Part shown: positions 9,142 through 17,406 of the stretch, piece by piece
Numbering within the stretch: the first letter of the stretch is position 1
Layout: each line of letters starts with the position of its first letter
Source: Candidatus Elarobacter sp.
Lineage (GTDB): Bacteria > Vulcanimicrobiota > Vulcanimicrobiia > Vulcanimicrobiales > Vulcanimicrobiaceae
DNA length: 64,000 nucleotides
Reading direction: 5' to 3'
NCBI GenBank assembly: GCA_035939295.1
Contig: DASZGA010000005.1
Location: 1,791-65,790, forward strand
Notes under the pieces: model-generated
Told to the model about the DNA's origin: nothing
The model's input: only the letters and a program-made list of their open reading frames with translations
Database searches by the model: none
Position numbers and translations under genes: made by a program

Positions 9142-10898
9142 CACGGTGAGAACTGAATCCCGAGCTGCGGCGTCCACCGCTCGTTGGCAAAGTTGAAGTA
9201 GTACTGGCGGTTCACGTCGAGCAGCAGCTGCTTCGACAGCCGGAGCCGCAGATCACCCGTGAACTGCCACGGCGGCTGCCCGAAGATCCCGGGAACCGGC
9301 TGCGGAAAGTCGTTGAACTTGGCGAGGGTGAGGCTCAGCCCGAAGTATTGGGTCGGCGTGTAGACGACCGAGCCCGTCGTTCCGCGCGAGGTGGCGAAGC
9401 CGCGGAACGCGTTCTGCCCGGCGACGGTCCCGAACGGCGTCACGCAGAGGTCGCCGCCGCCGCAGGCGGGGTTTCCGGCCGGATAGGCGGCGAGCTGCTG
9501 CGCGCCCCAGTAGTCGGCGGTCGTGCGCGTCTCGTACGCCACGAACGCGTTGACGTGCTGGCGGTCGAAGACGCGCGCCAGCGAGAAGCGCCCGTCGGCG
9601 ACGTCGACTTGATGCGGGAGCGAGTACCACGTCCGCTGCTTGTCGAACGACGCGGTGATCGAGTAGCCGCTCTTCAAGCGAAGCGGCGATGTGTACAGGG
9701 TCGCGCCGGTGTAGTGATACCACAGGTCGCGCGGCCCCGGCTGCAAGTTCGGATACCCGCCTTCGCCGTACACGTCGTGCGCGGTGCCGATCCCGCTGCG
9801 CAGCCGGAACAGCAGCGGCGCGCGCTTGAAGACGCGGTTCTCGTAGCCGCTCCAGCTCAGCAGCGCGTTCGCCGGGTGCTCGCGCCAGCGCGGGTCGTAG
9901 TTCGCGGTAAAGAGCGCGTCGTTCGGCGGCGGTACGAACGCGAGCAGCTGCTGGAAGTAGTTGTCCTGCGTGTAGCTCAGCCCCGAGCGCCGCAAGCCGG
10001 CATTGAGCTGCACTTCGGTGAACGCCGCCGCGTTGATCGGGCGGTTGACGATCCCGGCCTGCCCGGCCGACTCTTGCAGGAACGCGCGCGCCTCGAGCTT
10101 CGGGGAGAACCGCTTGTAGCCGATGACGTTGTACTGGCGCTGCTCTTGCGTGAGCGGGTCGATCGAGGCGACGATCCAGTCGTTCGGCCACACGAAGTGC
10201 TGGTCGATCGCGAGATACGTTCCGTTGAACGCGTCGTTGCGCACGTGCAGCGCGGTCAGCGAATGCTCCGAGCCGTTGAACGGGAGCGCGACGTCGGCGC
10301 GCGCCCCGGCGAACCCGTTCTCGTAGAAGTGCGAGTTCGACGAGAAGGTGACGACGTAGCGCGGAAGCGGGACGTAGAGCCCGGCCGTGTAGACGCGCGG
10401 CTGGTCGAAGATGACGTTGGTGTGCGGCGCGATCCGCGCGGCGACGGCGTGGATGTACGGGCGCTCGCCGGTCAGGTCGGGGAAGTAGTAGGCGTCGCCC
10501 GGCTGCTCGCGGCCGGCGTGCTTGTCGCTCCAGTTCAGGCCGAAGTACGTCCAGCGCTCGGGCGACCCGGCGGCGGGGAGAAAGTACGAGCGGTCCAGGT
10601 CCGGGTAGCCGGCGAACGCCGCGCCGGTCTCGTGTACGCCGGTACCGTCGAGGTGCACGTCGCCCGCGACCAGGTAGCGGTTCAGCTTGAGGTCCATCGT
10701 GAAGGTCTGGCCGTGCAAGACCGTTCCGTCGGAGAGCCGGACCCGCACGTCGCCGTCGGCCGTGACGACGAAACGGTTGTAGAAGAACTCGACGCTCTTC
10801 GCGGAGACGTCGAGGCTGGTGGGCGGCGAGGCGACGGCGCGCGCCGTCGCGCTCGCGACGAGCATCGCCGCCAGCGCGATGAGGACCGGAAAGCGCAT
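9141..10898 (-). CDS. Predicted outer-membrane beta-barrel with N-terminal LptA/OstA-like jellyroll (LptD-like, paralog A)
   Basis: Signal peptide MRFPVLIALAAMLVASATARA; LDVSAKSVEFFYNRFVVTADGDVRV..MDLKLNRYLVAGDVHL jellyroll-like strands; aromatic-rich beta strands; ends PQLGIQFSP. Homologous by eye to 6647-8284 (NDFPQ..G.FGQPPWQFTGDLRLR vs ADFPQFNGYGRPQWEVRGDVRFR). Confidence 0.62.
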   Translation of the reverse strand: MRFPVLIALAAMLVASATARAVASPPTSLDVSAKSVEFFYNRFVVTADGDVRVRLSDGTVLHGQTFTMDLKLNRYLVAGDVHLDGTGVHETGAAFAGYPDLDRSYFLPAAGSPERWTYFGLNWSDKHAGREQPGDAYYFPDLTGERPYIHAVAARIAPHTNVIFDQPRVYTAGLYVPLPRYVVTFSSNSHFYENGFAGARADVALPFNGSEHSLTALHVRNDAFNGTYLAIDQHFVWPNDWIVASIDPLTQEQRQYNVIGYKRFSPKLEARAFLQESAGQAGIVNRPINAAAFTEVQLNAGLRRSGLSYTQDNYFQQLLAFVPPPNDALFTANYDPRWREHPANALLSWSGYENRVFKRAPLLFRLRSGIGTAHDVYGEGGYPNLQPGPRDLWYHYTGATLYTSPLRLKSGYSITASFDKQRTWYSLPHQVDVADGRFSLARVFDRQHVNAFVAYETRTTADYWGAQQLAAYPAGNPACGGGDLCVTPFGTVAGQNAFRGFATSRGTTGSVVYTPTQYFGLSLTLAKFNDFPQPVPGIFGQPPWQFTGDLRLRLSKQLLLDVNRQYYFNFANERWTPQLGIQFSP

Positions 10899-10966
10899 CT
10901 GAAGCTTCACGCGTTCAGCGATGCGGGAGGCGCGGTCCTGCGCCGGATGGAACGGCGGCGGACGGC

Positions 10967-12097
10967 ATGCCGCGCATTCTTGCCTTTGTGATGGACTCCG
11001 CCGGCGTCGGCGCCCTCCCGGATGCAAACGTCTACCACGACTCGTCGAACGCGAACACGATCGGAAATGTCGCCGAGCGGCTAGGCGGGCTCCGGCTTCC
11101 GAACTTCGAGCGGCTCGGGCTCGGTCACATCACCGGCGTCCGCGGCGTTTCTGCTGCCGCCGCACCGCTCGCAGCGGTCGGTCGCCTTAGAGAACGCTCA
11201 AAAGGCAAGGACACCATCACCGGCCACTGGGAGATGGCCGGGGTGATCACCGAGGTCCCGTTCCCGACCTATCCGGACGGCTTTCCGCCCGAGGTGGTCG
11301 AGCGCTTCACCGCGATCGCCGGGAAGCCGCCGCTCGGGAACACGACCGCCTCCGGGACCGAGATCATCGCCGAGCTGGGCGAAGAGCACCAGCGCACCGG
11401 CCGGCCGATCCTCTACACCTCGGCCGACTCGGTCTTCCAGGTCGCGGCCCACGAGGAGACGGTCCCGCTGGCGACCTTGTACGACTGGTGCGAGCGGGCG
11501 CGCGCGATGCTCGTCCCGCCGCACGAGGTCAACCGGGTGATCGCCCGGCCCTTCGTTGGATCGCCCGGGAATTACAGCCGAACACCGAATCGTAGAGACT
11601 ACGCGATACCGCCGCCGCCCACGGTGCTCGACCGGCTGGAACGCTCGGGTGTACCCGTGCACGCAGTCGGGAAGATTTGTGACATCTACAGCGGTCACGG
11701 GATCGCGTCGTCCGTCCGCGTCGCCGACAACGGTGAGGCGGTCGACCGCGCACTCGAGCTCGCCGACGCAACGGATCACGGTCTGGTGTTCGTCAACCTG
11801 AACGACTTCGATACCAAGTACGGCCACCGGAGAGATGTGCGAGGCTATGGTGAGGCCCTCGCCCGGCTCGACGCGCGCCTTCCCGAGCTGTTTGCGCGGG
11901 TCCGCCCGGGCGACGCGCTGCTTTTCACGGCCGACCACGGCTGCGATCCGACCCAGCCGGGCACGGACCACACCCGCGAGTACGTCCCGTACCTGGAGTA
12001 CCGGACGGGCGCCGCCGGCAGCGAGCTGGGCGTGATCGAGGGGCTGGGCTACGTCGGCGAGCGGATCGAAGCGATCTTGGGCACGGCGCCGCGATGA
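10967..12097 (+). CDS. deoB: Phosphopentomutase
   Basis: VMDSAGVG, GKDTITGHWEMAG, YTSADSVFQVAAHE, RVIARPFVG, RRDY, FVNLNDFDTKYGHRRD, TADHGCDPT, TDHTREYVP. Confidence 0.95.
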   Translation: MPRILAFVMDSAGVGALPDANVYHDSSNANTIGNVAERLGGLRLPNFERLGLGHITGVRGVSAAAAPLAAVGRLRERSKGKDTITGHWEMAGVITEVPFPTYPDGFPPEVVERFTAIAGKPPLGNTTASGTEIIAELGEEHQRTGRPILYTSADSVFQVAAHEETVPLATLYDWCERARAMLVPPHEVNRVIARPFVGSPGNYSRTPNRRDYAIPPPPTVLDRLERSGVPVHAVGKICDIYSGHGIASSVRVADNGEAVDRALELADATDHGLVFVNLNDFDTKYGHRRDVRGYGEALARLDARLPELFARVRPGDALLFTADHGCDPTQPGTDHTREYVPYLEYRTGAAGSELGVIEGLGYVGERIEAILGTAPR

Positions 12098-12780
12098 GCG
12101 TCGTCGAGCTGCGCCCGGCCGCCGAGCTCCCGCACTTGCCGGTCGGGGTCCCGTTCCCGCCCGCGCCGCAGCGGCCGGGGTGGTACGCGCCGGCGAAGCG
12201 CGCGCTCGACGTCGTGCTCGCGCTCGGGATCCTGGTCGGCACCGCGCCGATCGTGCTGCTCGCCGCCGCCGGGGTCGTTGCCGTCAGCGGCGGGAACCCG
12301 TTCTACCGGCAGGACCGGATCGGGCTCGGCGGCCGCAGCTTCCGGATGCTCAAGCTGCGGACGATGGTCCGCGGCGCGCACGCGATGCTCCCCGAGCTCC
12401 GCCGCTTCAACGAAGCCGACGGCCCCGTGTTCAAAATGCGCGACGACCCGCGGCTGCACAAGCTGGGCGCGTTCCTGCGCCGCACCTCGATCGACGAGCT
12501 GCCCAACTTCGTCAACGTCTTGCTCGGCGAGATGTCGATCGTCGGGCCGCGCCCGCCGCTCCCCGAAGAGGTCGCGCACTACGACGGCTACGCGCTGCGG
12601 CGGCTGGTCGTGAAGCCCGGCGTCACCTGCCTGTGGCAGATCTCGGGCCGCTCGCACCTCTCGTTCGAAGAGTGGATGGCGCTCGACAACGCCTACATCG
12701 ACGCGTGGTCGCCGTGGTACGACCTCGCGATCGTCGCCAAGACGATCCCGGCCGTGCTGCGAGGGGTCGGGGCGCATTAA
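12094..12780 (+). CDS. Priming sugar transferase (polyprenyl-phosphate phosphoglycosyltransferase, WcaJ/EpsL C-terminal type)
   Basis: KRALDVV, F..LKLRTMV, DDPR, FLRRTSIDELPNFVNVLLGEMSIVGPRP, VKPGVTCLWQISGRS; ATGA-coupled to deoB. Confidence 0.92.
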   Translation: MSVVELRPAAELPHLPVGVPFPPAPQRPGWYAPAKRALDVVLALGILVGTAPIVLLAAAGVVAVSGGNPFYRQDRIGLGGRSFRMLKLRTMVRGAHAMLPELRRFNEADGPVFKMRDDPRLHKLGAFLRRTSIDELPNFVNVLLGEMSIVGPRPPLPEEVAHYDGYALRRLVVKPGVTCLWQISGRSHLSFEEWMALDNAYIDAWSPWYDLAIVAKTIPAVLRGVGAH

Positions 12781-12838
12781 CCGCCGGCTGACGGTCGTCG
12801 CCGAAGGCCGCACGCCGCGCCGCCTCGCGCGCTCGACG

Positions 12839-14365
12839 ATGCTGGTGATGGGCGCGACGCTCGCCTCGACGATCCTCGGCTTCGTCCGCGAGGTCGTCTA
12901 CGCGAAGTTCTACGGCACCTCGTGGGAGCTCGACGCGTTTCTTGCCGCCTCGATCGTCCCGGTGATCCTGTTCGGCGTCTTCAACGGCGCGCTCGTTAGC
13001 GCGCTCGTTCCGCTGTTCTCCGACTACCTGAACACCGACCGCGAAGAAGACGCGGCGCGGCTCGCCTCGTCGGTGATCGTCGCGCTGATCGTCGTCCTCG
13101 GGCTCGCCGCCGCGGTCGGCGCGTGGCTCGCGCCGTGGTACGTCCCGCGGATCGCGCGCTTCTCGCCGGCGCACGCGCACATGGCGGTGGTGATGACGCG
13201 CTGGCTGATGCCGACGATCGTCGCGACCAGTCTGGCCGGCGTGATCGGCGCGCTGCTGAACGCGTACCACCGCTTCGGCGCCGCGGCGCTGCAAGGGTTC
13301 GTCGCGAACCTGTGCATCATCGCCTTCGTGTGGTTCGCGCAGCCGCGCTACGGCGCGTACGCGCTCGTCTTCGGCGCGCTCGCCGGCGCGTTCGTCTCGC
13401 TGCTGGTGCTGATGCCGGCGTTCCTCTCGCTGCGCCGCTTCCGCTTCACGCTCGACCTCCGGCATCCCGGGATGGTGCGGTTGATGTACGTCCTGGGACC
13501 GATCGCGATCGGTTCGGCGGCCGGGCAGATCGCGCTGCTGTTCGACCGCGCCTTCGCCTCGGGGCTGAACGAAGGGACGATCGCCGCGATGAACTTCGCG
13601 GTCAAGGTCGTCGGGTTTCCGCAGCAGATCTTCGTCACCGCGATCGCGACCGTGATCTTCCCGCTCTTCGCCGGCCAGTTCGCGCAGAAGAACCGGGTCG
13701 CGATGCGGCGCAGCGTCGCGACGGGGTTGCAGATGGTCGTCTTCTTGACGCTGCCCTCGGCGTGGGGGCTGTGCATGCTCGCCGGTCCGATCGTGCAGAC
13801 GCTCTTCGAGCGCGGCGCGTTCACGCCGGAGGCGACCGTGCTGTGCGCGCAGCTGCTCCCGTTCGCGGCGGTCGGCTTGGTTGCGCTCGCGGCGAACGTC
13901 GTGCTGACGCGCTGCCTGTACGCCTGCGGCGTCGTGCGAATCGCGATCGCGATCTCGGTCGCGACGGTCGCCCTCAACGTCGCGCTCTCGCTGGCATGGC
14001 TGCCCTCGCTGGGTGCGCGCGGATTGCTGCTCGCGAACGCGGTCTCGCAGACGCTGCAGACGATCGCGTACGTCGTCGTCGCCTCGCGCGCGCTGGGCGG
14101 TTTTCACCTGCGCACGGTCGTCGTCTCGCTGCTGAAGGTCGGCGCGTGCTCGGCGGTGATGGCGTTTGCGCTCGCCGCCGTGCAGATCACGCGCACCCCG
14201 CCGGGACCGACGACGATCGCGCGCGTCGCGAACCTCGGGGAACATCTGCTGTTCGGCGCGTTCGTGTTCATCGCGCTCGCGCGCGTCGTCGACTCCGAAG
14301 AGCTGCACCTGGCGATCGACCTGCTCCTGCGCCGCCGCCCGCGCGACCTCGTCCCGCTGCCATGA
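12839..14365 (+). CDS. murJ: MurJ/MviN-family lipid-linked precursor flippase
   Basis: LGFVREVV, DAF.AA..VP.ILF..FNGAL, GQIALLFDRAFAS, TLFERGAFT; about 14 TM segments. The frame is open upstream to 12776, so the true start may be earlier. Confidence 0.85.
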   Translation: MLVMGATLASTILGFVREVVYAKFYGTSWELDAFLAASIVPVILFGVFNGALVSALVPLFSDYLNTDREEDAARLASSVIVALIVVLGLAAAVGAWLAPWYVPRIARFSPAHAHMAVVMTRWLMPTIVATSLAGVIGALLNAYHRFGAAALQGFVANLCIIAFVWFAQPRYGAYALVFGALAGAFVSLLVLMPAFLSLRRFRFTLDLRHPGMVRLMYVLGPIAIGSAAGQIALLFDRAFASGLNEGTIAAMNFAVKVVGFPQQIFVTAIATVIFPLFAGQFAQKNRVAMRRSVATGLQMVVFLTLPSAWGLCMLAGPIVQTLFERGAFTPEATVLCAQLLPFAAVGLVALAANVVLTRCLYACGVVRIAIAISVATVALNVALSLAWLPSLGARGLLLANAVSQTLQTIAYVVVASRALGGFHLRTVVVSLLKVGACSAVMAFALAAVQITRTPPGPTTIARVANLGEHLLFGAFVFIALARVVDSEELHLAIDLLLRRRPRDLVPLP

Positions 14366-14410
14366 CGGAGTCACGCTTCGCGTGATCCGGCGCTCCGGCT
14401 CCAGCACGAG

Positions 14411-16063
14411 ATGATCCATCTCGCGCTGAGCGCTGCCTCGGCGCTCGCGCCGCTCCTGTACGCCGCCGAGTTCGTCTTGCTGCTCGCGCCCGGGTACGCG
14501 CTCGCGCGCGCGCTGGTGCGCCGCTGGGAGCTCGATGCGGCGGCGACGCCGGTCCTCGCGTTCGCGTTCGCCGCGCTCGGCGGGTACGCCGCGTTCTGGT
14601 GCTACTTCGCGAGCCCGCTGCTCGGCCGCGCCGTCTCGGTCGCGTGGATGCTCTCCGCGTGCGCCGCCGCGGTGTGGATCGCGCGGCGACGTATCGCGCG
14701 CGACGAAGCCGTTCCGCTCGCGCTGACGTTTTTCGCCGGCCTGTTCTATCTTGCGGTGCTGTATCTGCCGGCGCCGGCGATCGGCGCCGAGCACCGGTTC
14801 TTCGTCGCGCGGCCGGACGACAACGTCCTCCCGCAGCTTTTCGCGGAGCGCTTGTACTGGGGCCAGGACGCGCACCGGCTCGGCGACTGGCTCACCAGCG
14901 ATCGGCCGCCGCTGCAAACCGGGATGCTGCTGCTGATCCGCCCGCTGTTCGCTCTCGCGCCGGCCCACCTCGAGCGCGCCTACGCGATCGCCGCGCTGGT
15001 CGTGCAGCTCGCGTGGATCCCGGCGACCTGGCTGCTCGTGCTGCGCGCCGGTCTTGCGCCGCGCGGGCGCGCGCTCGTCCTCGCGCTCGCGATCTTCTCG
15101 GGGTTCTGTCTCTACAACTCGGTGTACGCCTGGCCGAAGCTGCTCTCGGCCGGGTTTTGCATCGCCGCGCTGGTGTTCGCGCTGCCACGCTCGCGCGCGC
15201 AGCGCGATCCGAGCCTTGCGCTGGCGGGCGTCTGCGCGGCGCTCGCGATGCTCGCGCACGGCAGCGCCGCCTTCTTCCTGATTCCGGCGCTGGTGCTGCT
15301 GCTCGTGTTGCGGCGGCTTCCCGCCGGACGCGGTCTGCTTGCCGCGTTCGTCGCCGCCGTCGTGCTGCTCGCACCGTGGTCGGCGTATCAGCGCTACTAC
15401 GCTCCGCCCGGCGACCGGCTGCTGAAGATGCATCTGGCGGGAATTCCGAACGCCGATCCGCGCCCCGCCGCCGAAGCGATCGCCGACGCGTACGAGCGTA
15501 CGCCGCCCGCCGACATCGCGAGCTACAAGCTCGCCAACGTGCGAACGGCGCTCGGCGCCGCCGATCTGCTCGGTTCCGCCGTGATCTCCGAGCCGGCCGA
15601 CGCGCTCGACCGATGGCGGGTGCGCGAGCGCGAGCACGTCACGGCGGCGCTCGGCGCGGTGAATTTCGGCTGGCTCGCGCTGGGATGGTGGTGGCTGCGC
15701 CCCGCTCGCGACGCCGGCGCGCGCCGGCGCGTCACCGCACTTGCCGCAGTCGCCGCCGTCTCGCTCGCGTTCTGGTCGCTCGCGATGTGGGGTCCCGGCG
15801 GAACGGTCACCACGCACGGCGCGTACGCGACGCAGCTGCTCCTCTTCGTCGTGCTCGGCGCGGCGCTCGGCGAGCTGCGCGGCGCGTTGCAGATCGCCGT
15901 GCTCGCGCTCGCGCTTACCGATCTGGTCGTGACGTGGATCGTGGGATCGTTGCCGGACGCCTGGCGCGTCGCACCGTCGCTCGACCCGCTGATGGCGCTG
16001 CTCGCGCTCGCCGCCGCGGGAGCGCTCGGCGCGACGCTGGTCGAAAGGCCGTCCGCATCGTGA
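14411..16063 (+). CDS. Multi-TM membrane protein, probable GT-C-fold glycosyltransferase
   Basis: 12-13 TM helices; acidic loop RPDDNVLPQ followed by DRPPLQ; YAWPKLL and AMLAHGS motifs; sits in a glycan operon. Confidence 0.55.
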   Translation: MIHLALSAASALAPLLYAAEFVLLLAPGYALARALVRRWELDAAATPVLAFAFAALGGYAAFWCYFASPLLGRAVSVAWMLSACAAAVWIARRRIARDEAVPLALTFFAGLFYLAVLYLPAPAIGAEHRFFVARPDDNVLPQLFAERLYWGQDAHRLGDWLTSDRPPLQTGMLLLIRPLFALAPAHLERAYAIAALVVQLAWIPATWLLVLRAGLAPRGRALVLALAIFSGFCLYNSVYAWPKLLSAGFCIAALVFALPRSRAQRDPSLALAGVCAALAMLAHGSAAFFLIPALVLLLVLRRLPAGRGLLAAFVAAVVLLAPWSAYQRYYAPPGDRLLKMHLAGIPNADPRPAAEAIADAYERTPPADIASYKLANVRTALGAADLLGSAVISEPADALDRWRVREREHVTAALGAVNFGWLALGWWWLRPARDAGARRRVTALAAVAAVSLAFWSLAMWGPGGTVTTHGAYATQLLLFVVLGAALGELRGALQIAVLALALTDLVVTWIVGSLPDAWRVAPSLDPLMALLALAAAGALGATLVERPSAS

Positions 16064-17406
16064 TCTTTCATCCCTGGACGGTGACGCTGCGCCACGAGAC
16101 GCACGTCCCGGTCGACGTTCCGAGCGCGCTCGTCTACCTGGCGTGCGCGATCGGCGTTGCGCTGCTCACCCGCCGGCGCCCGGCGCTCGGCGTCGCCGCG
16201 CTGCTCGTGCTGGCGCCGTTCGATCTCGCGCGCTACGTCGGCCCGACGACGATCACGACGCTCAAAGCCGGTCTGCTCGGGATGCTCGCCGCGCTCGCGT
16301 TCTCACGGCCGGATCTGGCCGCGTTCCGCACCGTTCCGGTGCGCGCGATGCTCACGGCTTTCGCCGTGACGCTGCTCGCGATCGCGCTCAGCGCGACCCA
16401 CGCGCAGCACTTGGGCGCGGTCGTTCGCGAAGCGTTCAAACAAGGCGAGTACCTGCTGCTGTTCTTGGGCGCCGTCGCCGCGTTCGCGACCGATCCGGAC
16501 GACCGCCCGTTCTGGCGCATGCTCGAGGTCGCAGTCGTGCTGGTGAGCGCTTCGGCGCTGGCCGAGTACCTGATCGGCGCGCACAGCGGGTTGTTCGTGC
16601 ACGGCACGTCGGTGCCGCGGATCGCCGGCGCGCTCGAGGGACCGAACCAGCTCGCCGGTTATCTCGACGTCGCGATCCCGGTGCTCGTCGCGCGAGCGCT
16701 CGTCCACCGCGACCGCGTGCTGGTTCTGGTCATCGCGCTCGCCGCGCTCACCGATCTGCTGACGATCTCGCGCGCGGGGATCGTCGGCGTCGCGCTCGGC
16801 GTCGTCGTCGTCTTGCTGGTGCTGCGGCCGTTTCGCGGCGTCGCGCTGCGCTTCGCCGCCGTCGTCGCGCTGGTCGTCGTCGTCGTCGCCGCGAGCGCGG
16901 TGCGCGCCGGCCTTCCTGCCGGGTACTTCTCGCTCGACCAAGCCCCGCAGCCGGGCGATCATCTCGCCAACCGCTTGCAGCTGTGGCATGCGGCGGTCGA
17001 GCTCTGGCGCACCTCACCGCTGGTCGGGGTCGGCGCCGGAAACTACGAGCTCGATTTGGGCGCAGTCGGGCTCCCCGGCGTGCGCACGCACGCGAACAGC
17101 ATCTACCTTCAGAGCCTCGCCGAGGAAGGGGTGGTCGGGCTGGCGGCGACGATCGCGCTGTTCGCGGTGACGATCGTGACGCTCGCGCGCAGCGGGGTGC
17201 GCCGTCCGCACGTCGTCGGCGCGCTCGGCGCAACGGTGGCGCTGGCCTCGCACCAAGTGTTCGACGATCTGTTCTTCTTTCCGAAAGTCGCTTCGGCGTA
17301 CTGGCTGGTCGTCGGCGTCGCGGTCGCCGAGGTCGCCGCGCGGCGGCTGTTCGAGCGGCGCCGCGCCGCCGCGCCGGTCGCTGTCGCTCCGGCGGTCGTC
17401 TCGTGA
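16060..17406 (+). CDS. O-antigen ligase/polymerase (WaaL/Wzy_C) family membrane protein
   Basis: GTG 16060 overlaps the upstream stop; RIAGALEGPNQLAGYL, TISRAG, RLQLWHAAVELWRTSPLVGVGAGNY, HANSIYLQSLAEEGVVG. Confidence 0.88.
   Translation: MIFHPWTVTLRHETHVPVDVPSALVYLACAIGVALLTRRRPALGVAALLVLAPFDLARYVGPTTITTLKAGLLGMLAALAFSRPDLAAFRTVPVRAMLTAFAVTLLAIALSATHAQHLGAVVREAFKQGEYLLLFLGAVAAFATDPDDRPFWRMLEVAVVLVSASALAEYLIGAHSGLFVHGTSVPRIAGALEGPNQLAGYLDVAIPVLVARALVHRDRVLVLVIALAALTDLLTISRAGIVGVALGVVVVLLVLRPFRGVALRFAAVVALVVVVVAASAVRAGLPAGYFSLDQAPQPGDHLANRLQLWHAAVELWRTSPLVGVGAGNYELDLGAVGLPGVRTHANSIYLQSLAEEGVVGLAATIALFAVTIVTLARSGVRRPHVVGALGATVALASHQVFDDLFFFPKVASAYWLVVGVAVAEVAARRLFERRRAAAPVAVAPAVVS

Noticed and set aside
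6647-10898. TonB-dependent/SusC-SusD interpretation of the barrel + CBM pairs
   Set aside because: Proteins are short (545-585 aa), with no TonB box or plug motif seen, and the N-terminus looks jellyroll-like; not excluded without modelling, but less likely than LptD-like.
11180-11860. Patches of less GC-biased codons in deoB (also in 32517-33707 and the acyltransferase-3 gene) suggesting recent transfer
   Set aside because: An impression by eye only; without a computed GC3/codon profile or flanking repeats it cannot be supported.
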